This document shows positions 45,777 to 58,485 of a stretch of DNA of 64,000 nucleotides, piece by piece. This DNA comes from Corallochytrium limacisporum Hawaii (Eukaryota > Protista > Pluriformea): positions 1-64,000 of the forward strand of contig PDIP01000042.1 in NCBI GenBank assembly GCA_002811645.1. Reading direction: 5' to 3'. Position numbers and translations under genes: made by a program. Within the stretch, counting starts at the first letter, position 1, and every line of letters begins with the position of its first letter. A model generated the notes under the pieces. That model ran no database searches. It was not told where the DNA came from and was given only the letters and a program-made list of their open reading frames with translations.

Positions 45777-46246
45777 TGTCAAATAGAAACAAATCATGTA
45801 CATGCTCTTCGCATCACTTGCACTGGTGATGCCCTCAGCCGCTTGACCAATATGTCATAGTTGGTCCTGTAAGCCTCCTTCTGGTCAACAGCTCCGGGAA
45901 GGCGGGTCCGTCGCAGCGACCCGTCGAGTTCGTCCAGGTTAGGCCGCCCTCCCCCACCCCCGCGGGGGTAGCCCGGAAAAGTTCGGTTGGGCGACCGCGA
46001 AGGAAAAAAAGGAAACGAAACAATTCCCCGTCCGTATGCGCACGTTGCGTGGTCCCCGGGCCTGTCTGCCCGCAGCGAGTGACCAGAGAAAAATCTCAAG
46101 ACAGGTGCCCATGACGCGACGGCGAACTTTGAGTAGGGGTGGTAATCAAACAACTCCACCACTTCTAGCGGACAGCCGAATCTTTGTTACTTCGCAAACG
46201 GCTCCAGAAAGTCCAAGAGCAATATGATGACACTCTTACAACGTAT

Positions 46247-47518
46247 CTATTTCGAAAGCTTGAAACGAGCCCCTGACTCATCCAGGGTTGTGCAGTGTTT
46301 ACATGAGTTGTCGCCGCACTCACTCGGACCCTGTCGGCCATGAACCTCATCACGGTCATCCTCCAATAGGGAATTTGATGTAATTCCAGGGTAACTGTAA
46401 CCCTTCGATGCCTCGATATATCGGGTGTGTAGATCTGGCTCCCGACTTGATACGACCCTAGTGGCATACCCCTGTGCCAAGTACACGCATTGGCGCACAG
46501 CAGATATGGTGTTTGTAAACGTCTCAATGTCCATGTGCTGGCCTCGCACCAAGCAAAATTCCGCCTGAGCATGCATGATCTGATTGCAGAGGGCAGTAAA
46601 GCAGCCAGCGAACGCATCCCCCGCACCCACCGTGGAACAGATGTCTCTGGCTTGAACTTGCAAGATGTGCTTGACGCAGCGAATAGCAGTGACGGTTCTC
46701 CTTGTATCTTCAAAGGTTACAATTTGGCGTACACTCATGAAGGCGGGTGCATCACCCTGCGTGACAATAACTATTGGCGCAAAGTCTGCCTGCCAGTCAT
46801 GGTCCTGCCCCTTTACTGAGCTGCGCACGATTTCGTATTCGTGCTGGTTGAGAATCACAACGTCCACATGATGTTTTGTCGCTTCTAACAGTTTGCTGCC
46901 TGTCCTTACAAAGTCATCCACAGGCGATGGATTAAGAAATACTGCCATTCCTGGACTGTTAGGAGACGACGGCCGCTTGAATTGCGTGATGGCGCGTACA
47001 TTGAAGTCCTCATCAATCTCATTTTGCAGTAGCAGTGCAGTCACATTGGTCCAGCCTCTGTTGCTTTCATGAACCCTGTCCAGAACCTTTTTTGGAAGAT
47101 CAAGACCACTGTGCTTTTCTGCATTCGCACCTGCGTGATAGACGATGAAGTTCTCTCCAGGTTGATCGACCACAATGAATGCGCTCCCCGTCGGGAGATC
47201 GGAATCGAGTTGAATCATCGGGAACACGGTCGACGCTGCAGCGAACTTCTCCACCACATCCTTTTCGATGTGTTTGATGTATTCTTCCCCGTCTTTTCCT
47301 AATGTACCGACCATGTATACTTTGGCACCGTCCCGGTTTACGTGATCACTGGTGACAAAAGCAGACACTGCTGCATTGGCTCCCTTTCCACCGAAGGTCA
47401 CTTGTTTCGACCGTGCCGCAATGGTCTCGCCCGGTTCGGGCATGCGATCTGTCTTGAATATAATATCATAATTCCATGCCCCTAGAACCACCAGAATACC
47501 ATCATTTTGGTGCCCCAT
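46247..47518 (-). CDS. Ribokinase-like PfkB carbohydrate kinase
   Basis: VVLGAWNYDI...PEPGETI...GGKGANAAVSA, PTGSAFIVVD.GENFI, LLQNEI, LNPSP, NQHE, TVGAGDAFAG. Confidence 0.9.
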   Translation of the reverse strand: MGHQNDGILVVLGAWNYDIIFKTDRMPEPGETIAARSKQVTFGGKGANAAVSAFVTSDHVNRDGAKVYMVGTLGKDGEEYIKHIEKDVVEKFAAASTVFPMIQLDSDLPTGSAFIVVDQPGENFIVYHAGANAEKHSGLDLPKKVLDRVHESNRGWTNVTALLLQNEIDEDFNVRAITQFKRPSSPNSPGMAVFLNPSPVDDFVRTGSKLLEATKHHVDVVILNQHEYEIVRSSVKGQDHDWQADFAPIVIVTQGDAPAFMSVRQIVTFEDTRRTVTAIRCVKHILQVQARDICSTVGAGDAFAGCFTALCNQIMHAQAEFCLVRGQHMDIETFTNTISAVRQCVYLAQGYATRVVSSREPDLHTRYIEASKGYSYPGITSNSLLEDDRDEVHGRQGPSECGDNSCKHCTTLDESGARFKLSK

Positions 47519-48601
47519 AATTGGCTCAAGGTTTGAAGATCACATTGTACGATCACGCCCAGTCAAGCACCACCAACAGCCCCCTGTCCAGCTGCAGTCT
47601 CCGCAATCTGTAGTCAAACCTTTTCATAACCATGACCTCATATCCATCATTTGTCTTTTGTAGGAAGCGACCACTACGACAATGCATGCGAAGGTGAAAT
47701 CAACAAAGTGCTTGACCTGTCCACAAAACAATTCGATCCGCTCATGAACGTCTGCGATCAGAGGACCGTCCCCGCTGAGAAACTGATGGGAGGGCCATGT
47801 TGTCAAACGACGGTGGCTCCCTTTCAAAGCCACCGCGCCCCTCTCTCCGACACTGAAACTAGAGCGCAGTCTTCCCTACTCTTGGCTGCCTTGTTGCTCC
47901 TTTTCGCCGTGGCCGATTTCCCTGTCGGAATGTACCGTACGTGCAGTATGGCAAGGGGACGAATGGCTTTTTTTTTTTCTTCGCAGTTTCGGGGTGCTCT
48001 TGTGGTCGCAGTGTTTTGCCACAGCCGGTGCCGCCGGTGATAATAGTGTTGACGTAAACGAACCCCTGCAGAGGCGCAGGCTGTCAGCTGTTCTGAGGGG
48101 GGGTGGGTCTCAGCCGGGAGTCTGGCAGACGGTCAGCAGGAGCGGTGGGGGCGCGGGTGTGCCTTGGTTGGCAGCAAAAAGTTATAAGCACACTTCACTG
48201 TATCTGGATCATGCCTAGACGAGCGGCTGTCTGTAAAATGTTGATAGTGTTTAGGGTATGTTCTAGTCTTGTTTTCATTCGCACATAGAGCACTTGATTT
48301 CTTTTTTTTTTGCTCAGTGATGTTTGTCCCAAGTGTCATCACACAGTGATGTATAGTAGCCCAAAGGAAAATGACGCAATATGGTATGAAAGCGGTGTGA
48401 TCAACTGTACACTGGTTCTCTGTGACCTTGATATTGGATCAAAAGAACCTAGAACTTCTTTGGCTTGTACGTACAACGTTTGAAAACTTGGTTTTCGGTA
48501 AGGTTTGTACAAGGACAGAGAATAAAAGTTTCGGTTAGTGCTTACCCCAGGGATGCCTTTTAAAGGTGATGTGTTTTGGCAATGCCAGAGTTGGCTAGTC
48601 G

Positions 48602-51600
48602 ATGAGTAGAAGTGCACGACACTCCCAAAAGGGAGAGAAGAATATTAGTGAACAACACTCTAGTGCTCTCTCGGAACAACAGCAACACAGAAATCTGCGT
48701 ACCAGTCCGCGGTTAAACAAGAGCAGGGCCCTAGAAGGAGAGGAAGGCACCACGAAAGCACCCAGTCTTGACGAGGTCCTCGCTGCCAATAGAAAGGCCA
48801 GTAGATCCAAGCGCAAGAGGCCCGCTTTTAAGGAAGAGGCTGATAAATCATCCGCAGGTCCATCTAAAAGTAGAGTCAAAATGGATCACAACAGTGACAT
48901 GATGAATACGTCCCAGATGGACGCAGGAGCTGACCAGCAGGGGGACGAAAATCCTAACAACAACAACAACAACGATAACAACAACAATAGTAGCAATGCA
49001 GCAGAATCTTCAGCTCCTTCTACAGAACAACAAACTCGGGACGAGCGCCAGGCGGCTGTTATGGGACTGATGGCTCAGGCGGCCAGTCTCGCTGCAGGTG
49101 CTGGTGGAGAAACTGGAGACCAAGACGGAGCCGGTACCTTCCAAAGCCTGCTGCGACGGTTAGGGACGAATCTGGACATTGTCATGGGCGGTGAGCGTGG
49201 TGGCGGACGGTATCAACACATCCTAGATGCTCTGAAGGCAATGGGCGACGAAGGTCAGCTGCTGACGGGGCTGAGTGAAGTCTGCGAGGTACTAAGCATG
49301 GGCAATGAAGAGACCCTTGCCGGGTTCCCGTCCGAGAAATTCATCAATGCCTTTTTGGAACTTCTGAACTACGAGCATGCGCCTGAGATCATGTTGCTGG
49401 CCTGCAGAGCCATCACTCATCTGATGGAGGCCTTACCTACAACTATGCCGTTGATTGTGCAGAAGGGAACAGTTGACATGCTCTGTGCCAAACTGCTGTC
49501 CATCGAATACGTCGATGTCGCGGAGCAGAGTCTGAGTGCACTGGAGAAACTAGCGCCGGACCATGGCCTGAGCGTGTTGAAAGCAGGTGGTCTGAATGCC
49601 GTGCTGATTTACCTCGACTTTTTCAGCCTCAGTCTGCAGAAAGTCGCCCTGAACATTGCATCCAACGTCTGCCGCAACGTACCAGTAGCGTTTTTTCACC
49701 TGGTAGAAGATGCGATTCCGATTCTAACCAATATTTGCAGCCACGATGATGAGAAAATGGTGGAGAAAGCGTGCTTGTGCTTTGCCCGCCTGACCTCATC
49801 GTTCCAGAACGACGGTGACCATCTCTACAAATTGTGTCAGCACGGATTGATCCCCCGATTCCTTACTATTCTGCGCCAGAGGCCCGCTAAGGTGGCAGCA
49901 GCAACGCGTACAATGATTATCAAGACCTTGGCCGTCCTCTGTGCGGGCTGTCCAAAGCTGGCCAACGAAATGATCCAGGAGGGAATTGTGCGCATACTCA
50001 GCGACCTAATCACGGGTGACAAGGGCGCGGGGGCAGACCTCAACGTCGTGACCAGTGCTGTGGTGGGTGAGGTGGGTCCAGACCAAGGCCAGAACAAGCA
50101 CACGCCATCGGCAGCCGTGTTGAGCTCGGACTATGTATACGAAGTGTTGAATTTAACCTGCGAGCTCTTACCACCGTTGCCTATCAGCGACAAGAACAAT
50201 GCCTCTGATCCACTTGCCGCTCTGGACCGTGGCAGTAATATTGGTCGCAGTCGCAGGCGCCGCATTACGGCGTCGGAGTCGGTCGAACCGGTGCAGTCAA
50301 TGAACGTGGACGGATCTTCCGGTTCAGTGGCCGCCGGTGCCAGTGCGAGCGCGAGTCAGACATCCATTCCCGCCGCTGTGGCAGAAGAGGCCGAAGGTGA
50401 GGACATGAGGGAAGGTGCTGCCGCTGGTGCTTCCACTACATCTACCGAGCCGTCTGAACCGGAAGATCCGCGCCTGGCGCTGATCCGCGTTAACAATGGC
50501 CTGCTATGGAATCTCGTGGACGAATTGTTTGGTCCGTGCGTCAACATTGTCATGACCTCTGTGGACCAGAACGTGGTGTACAAATCCCTGCAGGTCGTGT
50601 TCAAGTGCCTACATTTCGCAGACACGGCCTTGATTGAGCGCGTTGCGAACAGCATTGCCGTCTCATCATTTCTATCTGGACTGCTTGCCAACAAGGACCC
50701 CGTCATTGTTTCAACTGCTCTACGTATGATTGATATGCTCCTGCAAAAGTGCCCTAGTCACTTTGATATTTACTTCCGGCGTGAGGGTGTCGTATACGAA
50801 CTAGAGCAGCTGGCCAAGAAAGCGGACCAGGACGAAGAGGCCAAAAAGACAGGGAGCAACACGTCGCTAAATGTTGAGTCATCCCCGAGCCCGAGAGGTG
50901 ACACTGACGAGAACCTTGCGCCAGAACGGACAGCGAAGCTAATCCTGCAACAGAACCTAAAGCCAGTCGGACCTGATCACCCGGCTGAAGTAATGATGAA
51001 TCGCCTGAAGAACGTGGCAGGGGCGCTAAAGGACTGCTGCAGTGCCGGCCGCCTAACAACTCTCTCCGATGCGAAGCAGGACATTAGTGCACTCCAAGCC
51101 ACAGCTCAGATTCTCACGGACGACGGGGATTCACTGTCGTTCTTTGAGCTCATGCATAGTAATCTATTCCACGCAATTCTGCAGTATTTGGGCGTGACTG
51201 GTGAGAAGGTACCCAAACCAGCAGCCCTGGTGCGTATGCAGTGCTTTGCGCATGTCTTCTTCTGCGGCCCGTCACCAATTAGTGAAGACCATAACCCGGG
51301 CAATCGCGTGAACGAGGGTATTAAGACTCAGGAGCATGCCAAAGGATCAACCTTGCCCGTCGTGAGTCTGATTCGTAAGCTTCAGGATGCAGTGAACAAA
51401 TGCCAAGAGTTTGACGGCCGCCGTGGCATTGGCAGCCAGGCTGGCCGTAGTATGGCCATGAACGTAACTAGTGGTCTCCGTCTCCTCACACAACCCATGA
51501 AACTGCGCCTCGTGCGGCAGCATGATGAAGACAATATCAAGGATTACGGCAACAATGTCGTGCTCATCGAACCCTTGGCCACGATCAAGGCCATCGAAGA

Positions 51601-51946
51601 GTTCTTATGGCCTCGGGTCCGAATGAGTAAGGCTGAAAAGAAGCGTGCACGCCAGGCTTCGCAGACCACTCCGAGTGGCAAGCGCCAAACAAAAGGAGAT
51701 GCTGACGAGGAAGAAGCGAAGGGAGCAGCAGCAATGGATGTTGACGATTCGAGCGCTGCGGCTGCTGGCGCGTCCTCATCTACTGCAACTGCCGCCGGGG
51801 CAAATGACGACGCCATGAAGAACCGAGAAGGACAGCGATCCGCCGAAGACGACAACCGTCACCTCCATGACGATGAGGATGAGATGGTTGACCATGAGGA
51901 CGAGGAAGAGGATGTAGTGAATGAGGACATGGAGGACGAGGATGAA

Positions 51947-51987
<41 letters not shown>

Positions 51988-54214
51988 CGACGACGACGAC
52001 AGCGACCTCGATGTGGATGAGGAGGTCCCTCCGGATGAGGACCGTCGCAACAGCGCCAATGCTAGTGAAGTGGTTGACTTCAAACTCGACGATGTCAATG
52101 CTAATCAGGCAACCTCTGCCTCGTCCGTGTCCGCTAAGACACCGTCCAAAAGCAGCACTGGAAAGGCAGAACCCAGTGCGTCGCGGCAAACACCCAGCAG
52201 TTCTGCTGCTCCGGGTCCATCCAGCGGCAGTAGCCCGGCAGAAGGGGCATCTTCTTCGTCCAAACCGCGTCTGAAGCTTATGTACAACGGAGAAGCTTTA
52301 GACCCCAAGACCCCGGTCTTCAACATCATGAGCACGGAGAACGTACAGACCCAGCTGCGGACCCGTCAGCGTTACACGTACATGCCTTCTATTGCCTTTC
52401 TGCGAGGTGGGCAAGTCTACACTCTGAAGTACGCGCTAATCCGCAGTAGTGACGTCGAAGCAGAGGAGGAGAAGAAGCAGAAAGAGCCTCGGCAGGGGAT
52501 GGATGCAATGGATGACAGTAGCGCCGGTCCCGCTGGTGGAAAGGGCTTGACATCCCTCGAACCCTTCGATGCAATCTACAAACACATTGCAAGTAGTCCT
52601 TACAATACCGTGGCTGTGGATGAGATTCCTGAGGAGGTGAAGCACGCCCTGCAGACCATGCTCATCCTGCATGCTGTCAACAACAACATGGGCGTGCTAT
52701 TTGAGGACGTGGACATGCCTGTCACACCTCCCTTCAATAACGCAGAGTTTCACAATATCCGTCTGAGTGCCACTTTTGACAGAATGCTACAGGACCCGCT
52801 AACAATTTGTGGCAACAACATCCCTGCGTGGGCCAAGATGCTGGTCAAGGATGCACAGTTTTTGTTCCCATTTGAGATTCGAGAACTCTACTTTGTTTCG
52901 ACAGCCCTGGGTATCGCGCGAGCCCTGACTCGGCTCATGGCCCGCATCCGTGACGATGTGCTCGAGGACCAGGATGCTGTCCGACTCGGGCGGATCTCCC
53001 GTGCCAAGGCCCGCGTCCACCGTGACCATATTCTGCAGATGTGCCAGAAACTCATGGCCAAGTTGGGTACCAGTAGGTCCCTTATCGAGGTTGAGTATTA
53101 TGGTGAAGTCGGCACCGGTCTCGGTCCCACACTTGAATTCTACACTCTGGCCAGCCGCGAGTTCCATCGGAGCTCTCTCCGGCTCTGGCGCGAACCAGAG
53201 ACTGTGCAGTTGATGTCGGAGTCGACTGGCAGCGAGGAAGAGTACGTCAGTACAACCACCGGTCTCTTCCCTCGACCATTGCACCCAACCCAGACTTCTG
53301 CTGAAGAGAAAGAACGCGTGCTGGGCTGGTTCCGCACTCTCGGCGTGCTCATGGCGAAGGCATTGCTGGATACGCGAGTGCTAGACATTCGCTTCTCGAC
53401 GGTCTTTTACAAGTGGCTCATGGGCCAGGACCATGAACTATCTTTGCATGATGTTCGTGAGGTAGAGCCGGCCATTGGTCACACTCTAATCCAATTGGAC
53501 GCTGTGCATCGGGCGCGAATGGATCTGCTCAACGCTGGTTACGCCCCCCATGCTCCTGAAGTGCAGCAGGCCAGCACTGTGAACGGAAGCACTGTGGAAG
53601 ACTACGGTCTGACGTTTGTGCTTCCGGGGTACCCGGATTATGAACTCTGCGAGGGTGGCAAGGACCGGGATGTTACTGTAGAGAACCTGTCAGAGTATAT
53701 TGAAGCGGTCGTTGACCACACCATCCATTCCGGTGTGAGGGAACAGATGACGACTTTCCGCGATGCCTTTGCTAAGGTTATTCCTCTGGAAAGCCTGAGT
53801 GGCTTTGGCACGCACGAAATGGACAGATTATTCTGTGGTGAAATGGACAAGCCGTGGACAGCAAAGGAACTCTACGCTCATTCCAAAATTGATCACGGTT
53901 ACACTGTGGATAGTAATGCGGTGCGCAATCTTTTTAATGTGCTTGAGGATTACAATGAGACGCAGCGGCGACTGTTCTTGCAGTTTGTGTCGGGCACCCC
54001 GCGATTACCAGTCGGGGGATGGGCCGCGCTCAAGCCAAACTTAACCATCGTCAAGCGCAGTGTAGAAGGCAACAAGAGTCCGGACGAATATCTGCCGTCT
54101 GTAATGACCTGCGTGAACTATCTCAAGTTGCCGGACTACTCGAGTAAGGAGATTTTGGCTGACAGACTCCGCTTGGCTATCAATGAAGGGGGCAAGACCT
54201 TCCATTTGTCTTAG
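48602..54214 (+). CDS. TRIP12: HECT E3 ubiquitin ligase TRIP12/Ufd4/UPL3 type (ARM repeats plus HECT)
   Basis: LSMGNEETLAGF, MLLACRAITHLMEALP, KLLSIEYVDVAEQSL, VLIEPLATIKAIEEFL, EVGTGLGPTLEFY, YLPSVMTCVNYLKLPDYSS, FHLS; (GAT)n poly-Asp near 51946-51999. Confidence 0.95.
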
Positions 54215-55045
54215 AATTCCACAGAAGTGGGTCAGGCACTGGAGTTAGAGAACACCAACACTGACATTGAGAGATACATTAGAAGTACACATATTAGAAG
54301 TACACATTTTGAATGTTCCACGAATACAGTTCACAGACGACGTACATTACTACCTAACCCTATTGCAGCAGTCCTTCTGTGTACGGTTAAGCAAGCGCCT
54401 GAGCGCTGTCGCACAAGTGCACCTGGCACAGAACGTCTCCGGTTCCCCGCTCGCCCTCACCGTCCTTGCTTCTAGCCAACTGGGGGGCCAGAGGATCTGC
54501 CACTTCTCAGCCCCCCTTCCCGGTCAGCCCCCTTTCCCGGTCCCGAAGAGAGATTATCGAAAAACACACACATCTGAAAACACACACAAATATAGTTTCT
54601 GAGAGTTTCGGATGATTTTCTATATTTCGTTTTGTTCTAGAATTTTCTACTAATGTATCTTATGCGCTAAGCCTAACATTTTCCCTACCCAATATACTGT
54701 TCGGCTTTTCATTTTCCCGGGTTGAGTACACGATACCGAATATACTAGAAATTTGAGTAGTACTGAATGTACCCATTTTAAGTCCAGGTCGTATCTACAG
54801 TACTTTCATTATGACCAAAGGATTCATAGCTCTGACTCTTATGGTGCTGTGTTCGCAGGGGCTGAGCGGTGGCAGTACTCTCAGTACTACGGTTCCCCTT
54901 GGGAGAGTGGAGTGGCGCATTGGTTTGTTGAACTAAGTACAGGTGCCAAAACTGTCACTATGCATAGCTCCCAGTTGTTCTTTTTGAGGTTATAGCTTTT
55001 TGTAGTACGCCATAAATTTTATGGCCAGTGCAAGTTTACACATAG

Positions 55046-55567
<522 letters not shown>

Positions 55568-56150
55568 GCGAATCAGCCTTTTATTTTTACATATTTGTTT
55601 ATATGAACACAAACAACATGTTGGGATAATGAACGAGAAAGAAGAAGGCAAAGAGGATCGGCGCAGTGGAATCACGGGAAGGACTCGGACCCACACAGAC
55701 AACGGTCAACTGGATTGGTTTTGACGTTATCCAGGCTTTTCTTTTTTTTCTTTGTACCCATAGACTATTCTTCAGTTTGATGTTTCCATTGGCATGGGCT
55801 CAAATTTTCCATACAAATGTCGGGACATATCATTGGAAAACATGACATACATATAATTAAGCACTGGACAGGATATTCTTCTTGGGAAAGTGTTTGAACA
55901 TAGTATCCCTTTCTTACATAAATACAAGCCTCCTATAACATAAGCCTTAGCGTAATTGTCTGTGTTGGTGTTAGGACTACAATGTAATCGTGTTGGAACC
56001 AAAGTGAAGATTTGAGAACGTGTCACCTTCCACAATGTAAGAATGTTCAGGATGGCGGTAACGAGTGTTATACTACATATGGTGAGTTGCTTTTGAAGAT
56101 GTCTAAGTATTATGATGCTAAAATTAATTGAATAATATACTGTTCTTGGT

Positions 56151-56762
56151 TCAGTACTTGTCACAACTTCCCGTCTCCTTGCCGTGCTCCGGAGGACACC
56201 CAGGGGAGCACTTATTCGAAGTCCAATTCACGGATTCGATGTTCCTGAAAAGATTCCAGGAATTGCAAAAATTTGTGCAGTAATCCAGATAAGAGAAAGG
56301 CTCACTCTTGGAGGACGCCTTGGCCACGCAACCTCCTTCGCTGTCGGTGACAAAAGTGAAGCTGACGTCATCAACATAGCGGTGGACTGGAGTGACATGC
56401 TTCATGGTCAATGTTGAACCGTTGTTCTCGATGTTTGTGTACTGGTTTTCCCGAACTGATGGAAAGTATTGGGCACAATTTTGAGCATTGTCCACCAGTT
56501 TCGCGCTTAGATCATCGCAGTTCATGTCGGGGACCGTGAAGGTCACTTCACAACCAGCGTGAAATCCGAGGAACTGCATGCCCCAGTTGTACCCACCGAA
56601 TCGCAGAAAGATCAGAGTGGAGACCAGAATAAAGAGTGGCCACGAGCGCCAGATTTTGTGGACTGCGGCTCCAGTTTTATGCACTGGGCACTTGCTAAAA
56701 TCTGGTTTGTGCTCTGCATCCTTCACGCTACCCTTTTTTGTTTCCGCGACCTTTGAGGACAT
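56151..56762 (-). CDS. Type II membrane, Cys-rich protein, DUF1499-like
   Basis: Single TM, then HAGCEVTF...HVTPVHRYVDDVSFTF...C.AKASSKS...LDYCTNFCN...CDKY; the YVDD and S.S...D..N pattern recalls DUF1499-related families. Confidence 0.65.
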   Translation of the reverse strand: MSSKVAETKKGSVKDAEHKPDFSKCPVHKTGAAVHKIWRSWPLFILVSTLIFLRFGGYNWGMQFLGFHAGCEVTFTVPDMNCDDLSAKLVDNAQNCAQYFPSVRENQYTNIENNGSTLTMKHVTPVHRYVDDVSFTFVTDSEGGCVAKASSKSEPFSYLDYCTNFCNSWNLFRNIESVNWTSNKCSPGCPPEHGKETGSCDKY

Positions 56763-57941
56763 TCTTTCGTCAGTTTACTCCGTCTGCTTGTGCTGACCAC
56801 AGTCAATTAAAAAGAGGACGTATCCAGCCAATAAAGATTGCAACTGCTGGCAAACTAGTATAGTCTTGTCACACCTACCCTTCTTGTCCGAAACCCTTCT
56901 TTCCGAAGCTCTTCTTTTCCGAAGCTGTCCATAAGTGGTTAACGCCATGCTTTCCTTCGTCCGGGATGACATTTATACCAATTAAAGCAAACATCAAATA
57001 CGCTTCCAAAATTCTAATAATTCTTGGTCGTCCACTGAAATGTAACATTGAAAACAAATTTGGATTGTATATACTGCGACCAACAAAGCGGGTAAGAGCT
57101 TCACTTGCAGCTCGCACTCTCGTGAACCTCAGAGCGCGGGTCCAAGAACCCCAATACCAATCTCCGATCTCCGGCCCTTCTCCGGGTTTTTCCCAATACT
57201 GTAACTACTGCACTCCAAGCGTCCAATGGAGGCAAGGGTAGGAAAATTACTTCGCTCCAACAATGGTCCCTTCGGGAAGGAGCGCGGGGATGGGGAGACG
57301 ACGGGTCGCGGTGCCTAGAAAGTCAGGGGGAGGTGGGCGGGGTACTGAGGGGTCCCCGCCCCGNNNNNNNNNNNNNNNNNNNNNNNNNNNNNNNNNNNNN
57401 NNNNNNNNNNNNNNNNNNGGGGGGGGGGGGGGCCAAAACCACGCAAAGATTAGAGGGACAAGCCCAACCAAGTTTTTACCCAATCCGAGACAGTCATCAG
57501 GATCCTCATTTGTGCCGTAGAAATTGTATGAGAAGGTGGGAAGGGGGGGGGGGGGGGTGGGGGAAGGAAGGGAGCGAGGCGCGAGAGTGAGAGACGTTGG
57601 GAGTCCCTCTGATCTAACTGACGACCACGGCGCCGGGGGTCTGATACCAACCTGGGCGAAATAATTCATAATGAACAACACACACACACCCTTCTCCCCA
57701 AGTACGATGAGACAAGGAACCCCGGGCCCCAGCCCCTCTTGCCGGATCATAAAAATATACGGAATGGTATGAACTATTGCAGGACCGGTTCTTTATTTCG
57801 TGTGCTGTTTACTTTCAGTGCTCAGAGTATCCGTGTCCCATTCTAGTGGGTGTGACAATTGCCATAAGACCAGCATTGGTATGTAGCTGTCCCTGGCAGT
57901 AGGCATGTTGGTTGATTTGAGCCATCCATTGGAGGCACGTA

Positions 57942-58485
57942 ATGCTCGAGGATGACACTGCTCAAAACCTGATGAACGCGCAATATTCACATGCGGAGTT
58001 TTGGACATGGCCGGCCGGGTATGCCGGGCGACCCGACACCACAATCGCAATGGCGGGCAACGGCGGGCTCACCGAGGCCAATAACGGCAGGCTCAGAGGA
58101 CACCGGCAGGCTCACCGAGGACACCTACGGCGGGCTCACGACGGTTGCGCAATTTACGGGCGGGCGTGCGGACGACGGCGGGCGCACCGGCAACGGCGGG
58201 TCCATCGAGGCCAATAACGGCAGGCTCACCGAGAACACCGGCAGGCTCACCGAGGACACCTACGGCGGGCTCACGACGGTTGCGCAATTTACGGGCGGGC
58301 GTGCGGACAACGGCGGGCGCACCGGCAACGGCGGGTCCATCGAGGCCAATAACGGCGGGTCCATCGAGGCCAATAACGGCAGGCTCACCGAGGACACCGG
58401 CAGGCTCACCGAGGACACCGGCGGGCTCACCGAGGACACCGGCAGGCTCACTGACAACAGCCGGGCGGGCCTGAACAGGATCTAA
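57942..58485 (+). pseudogene. Frameshifted repeat-protein gene fragment (GRLTEDT / GGSIEANN repeats)
   Basis: The repeat peptide begins in the frame of ORF 57942 (GNGGLTEANNGRL) and continues in the frame of ORF 57991 after a unit lacking 2 nt (GGCTCA--GAGGACACC near 58095). Confidence 0.4.
58058..58460 (+). repeat. GC-rich minisatellite of 18/21/24-bp units with a 135-bp higher-order duplication
   Basis: Units GGCAGGCTCACCGAGGACACC and GGCGGGTCCATCGAGGCCAATAAC; the block starting at 58101 recurs at 58236. Confidence 0.9.

Noticed and set aside
54278-54307. 15-bp tandem duplication ATTAGAAGTACACAT in the TRIP12 3' region
   Set aside because: Simple slippage duplication with no insertion between the copies.
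58058-58460. CRISPR-like array
   Set aside because: Units are tandem with no unique spacers, there are no cas genes, and the context is eukaryotic.
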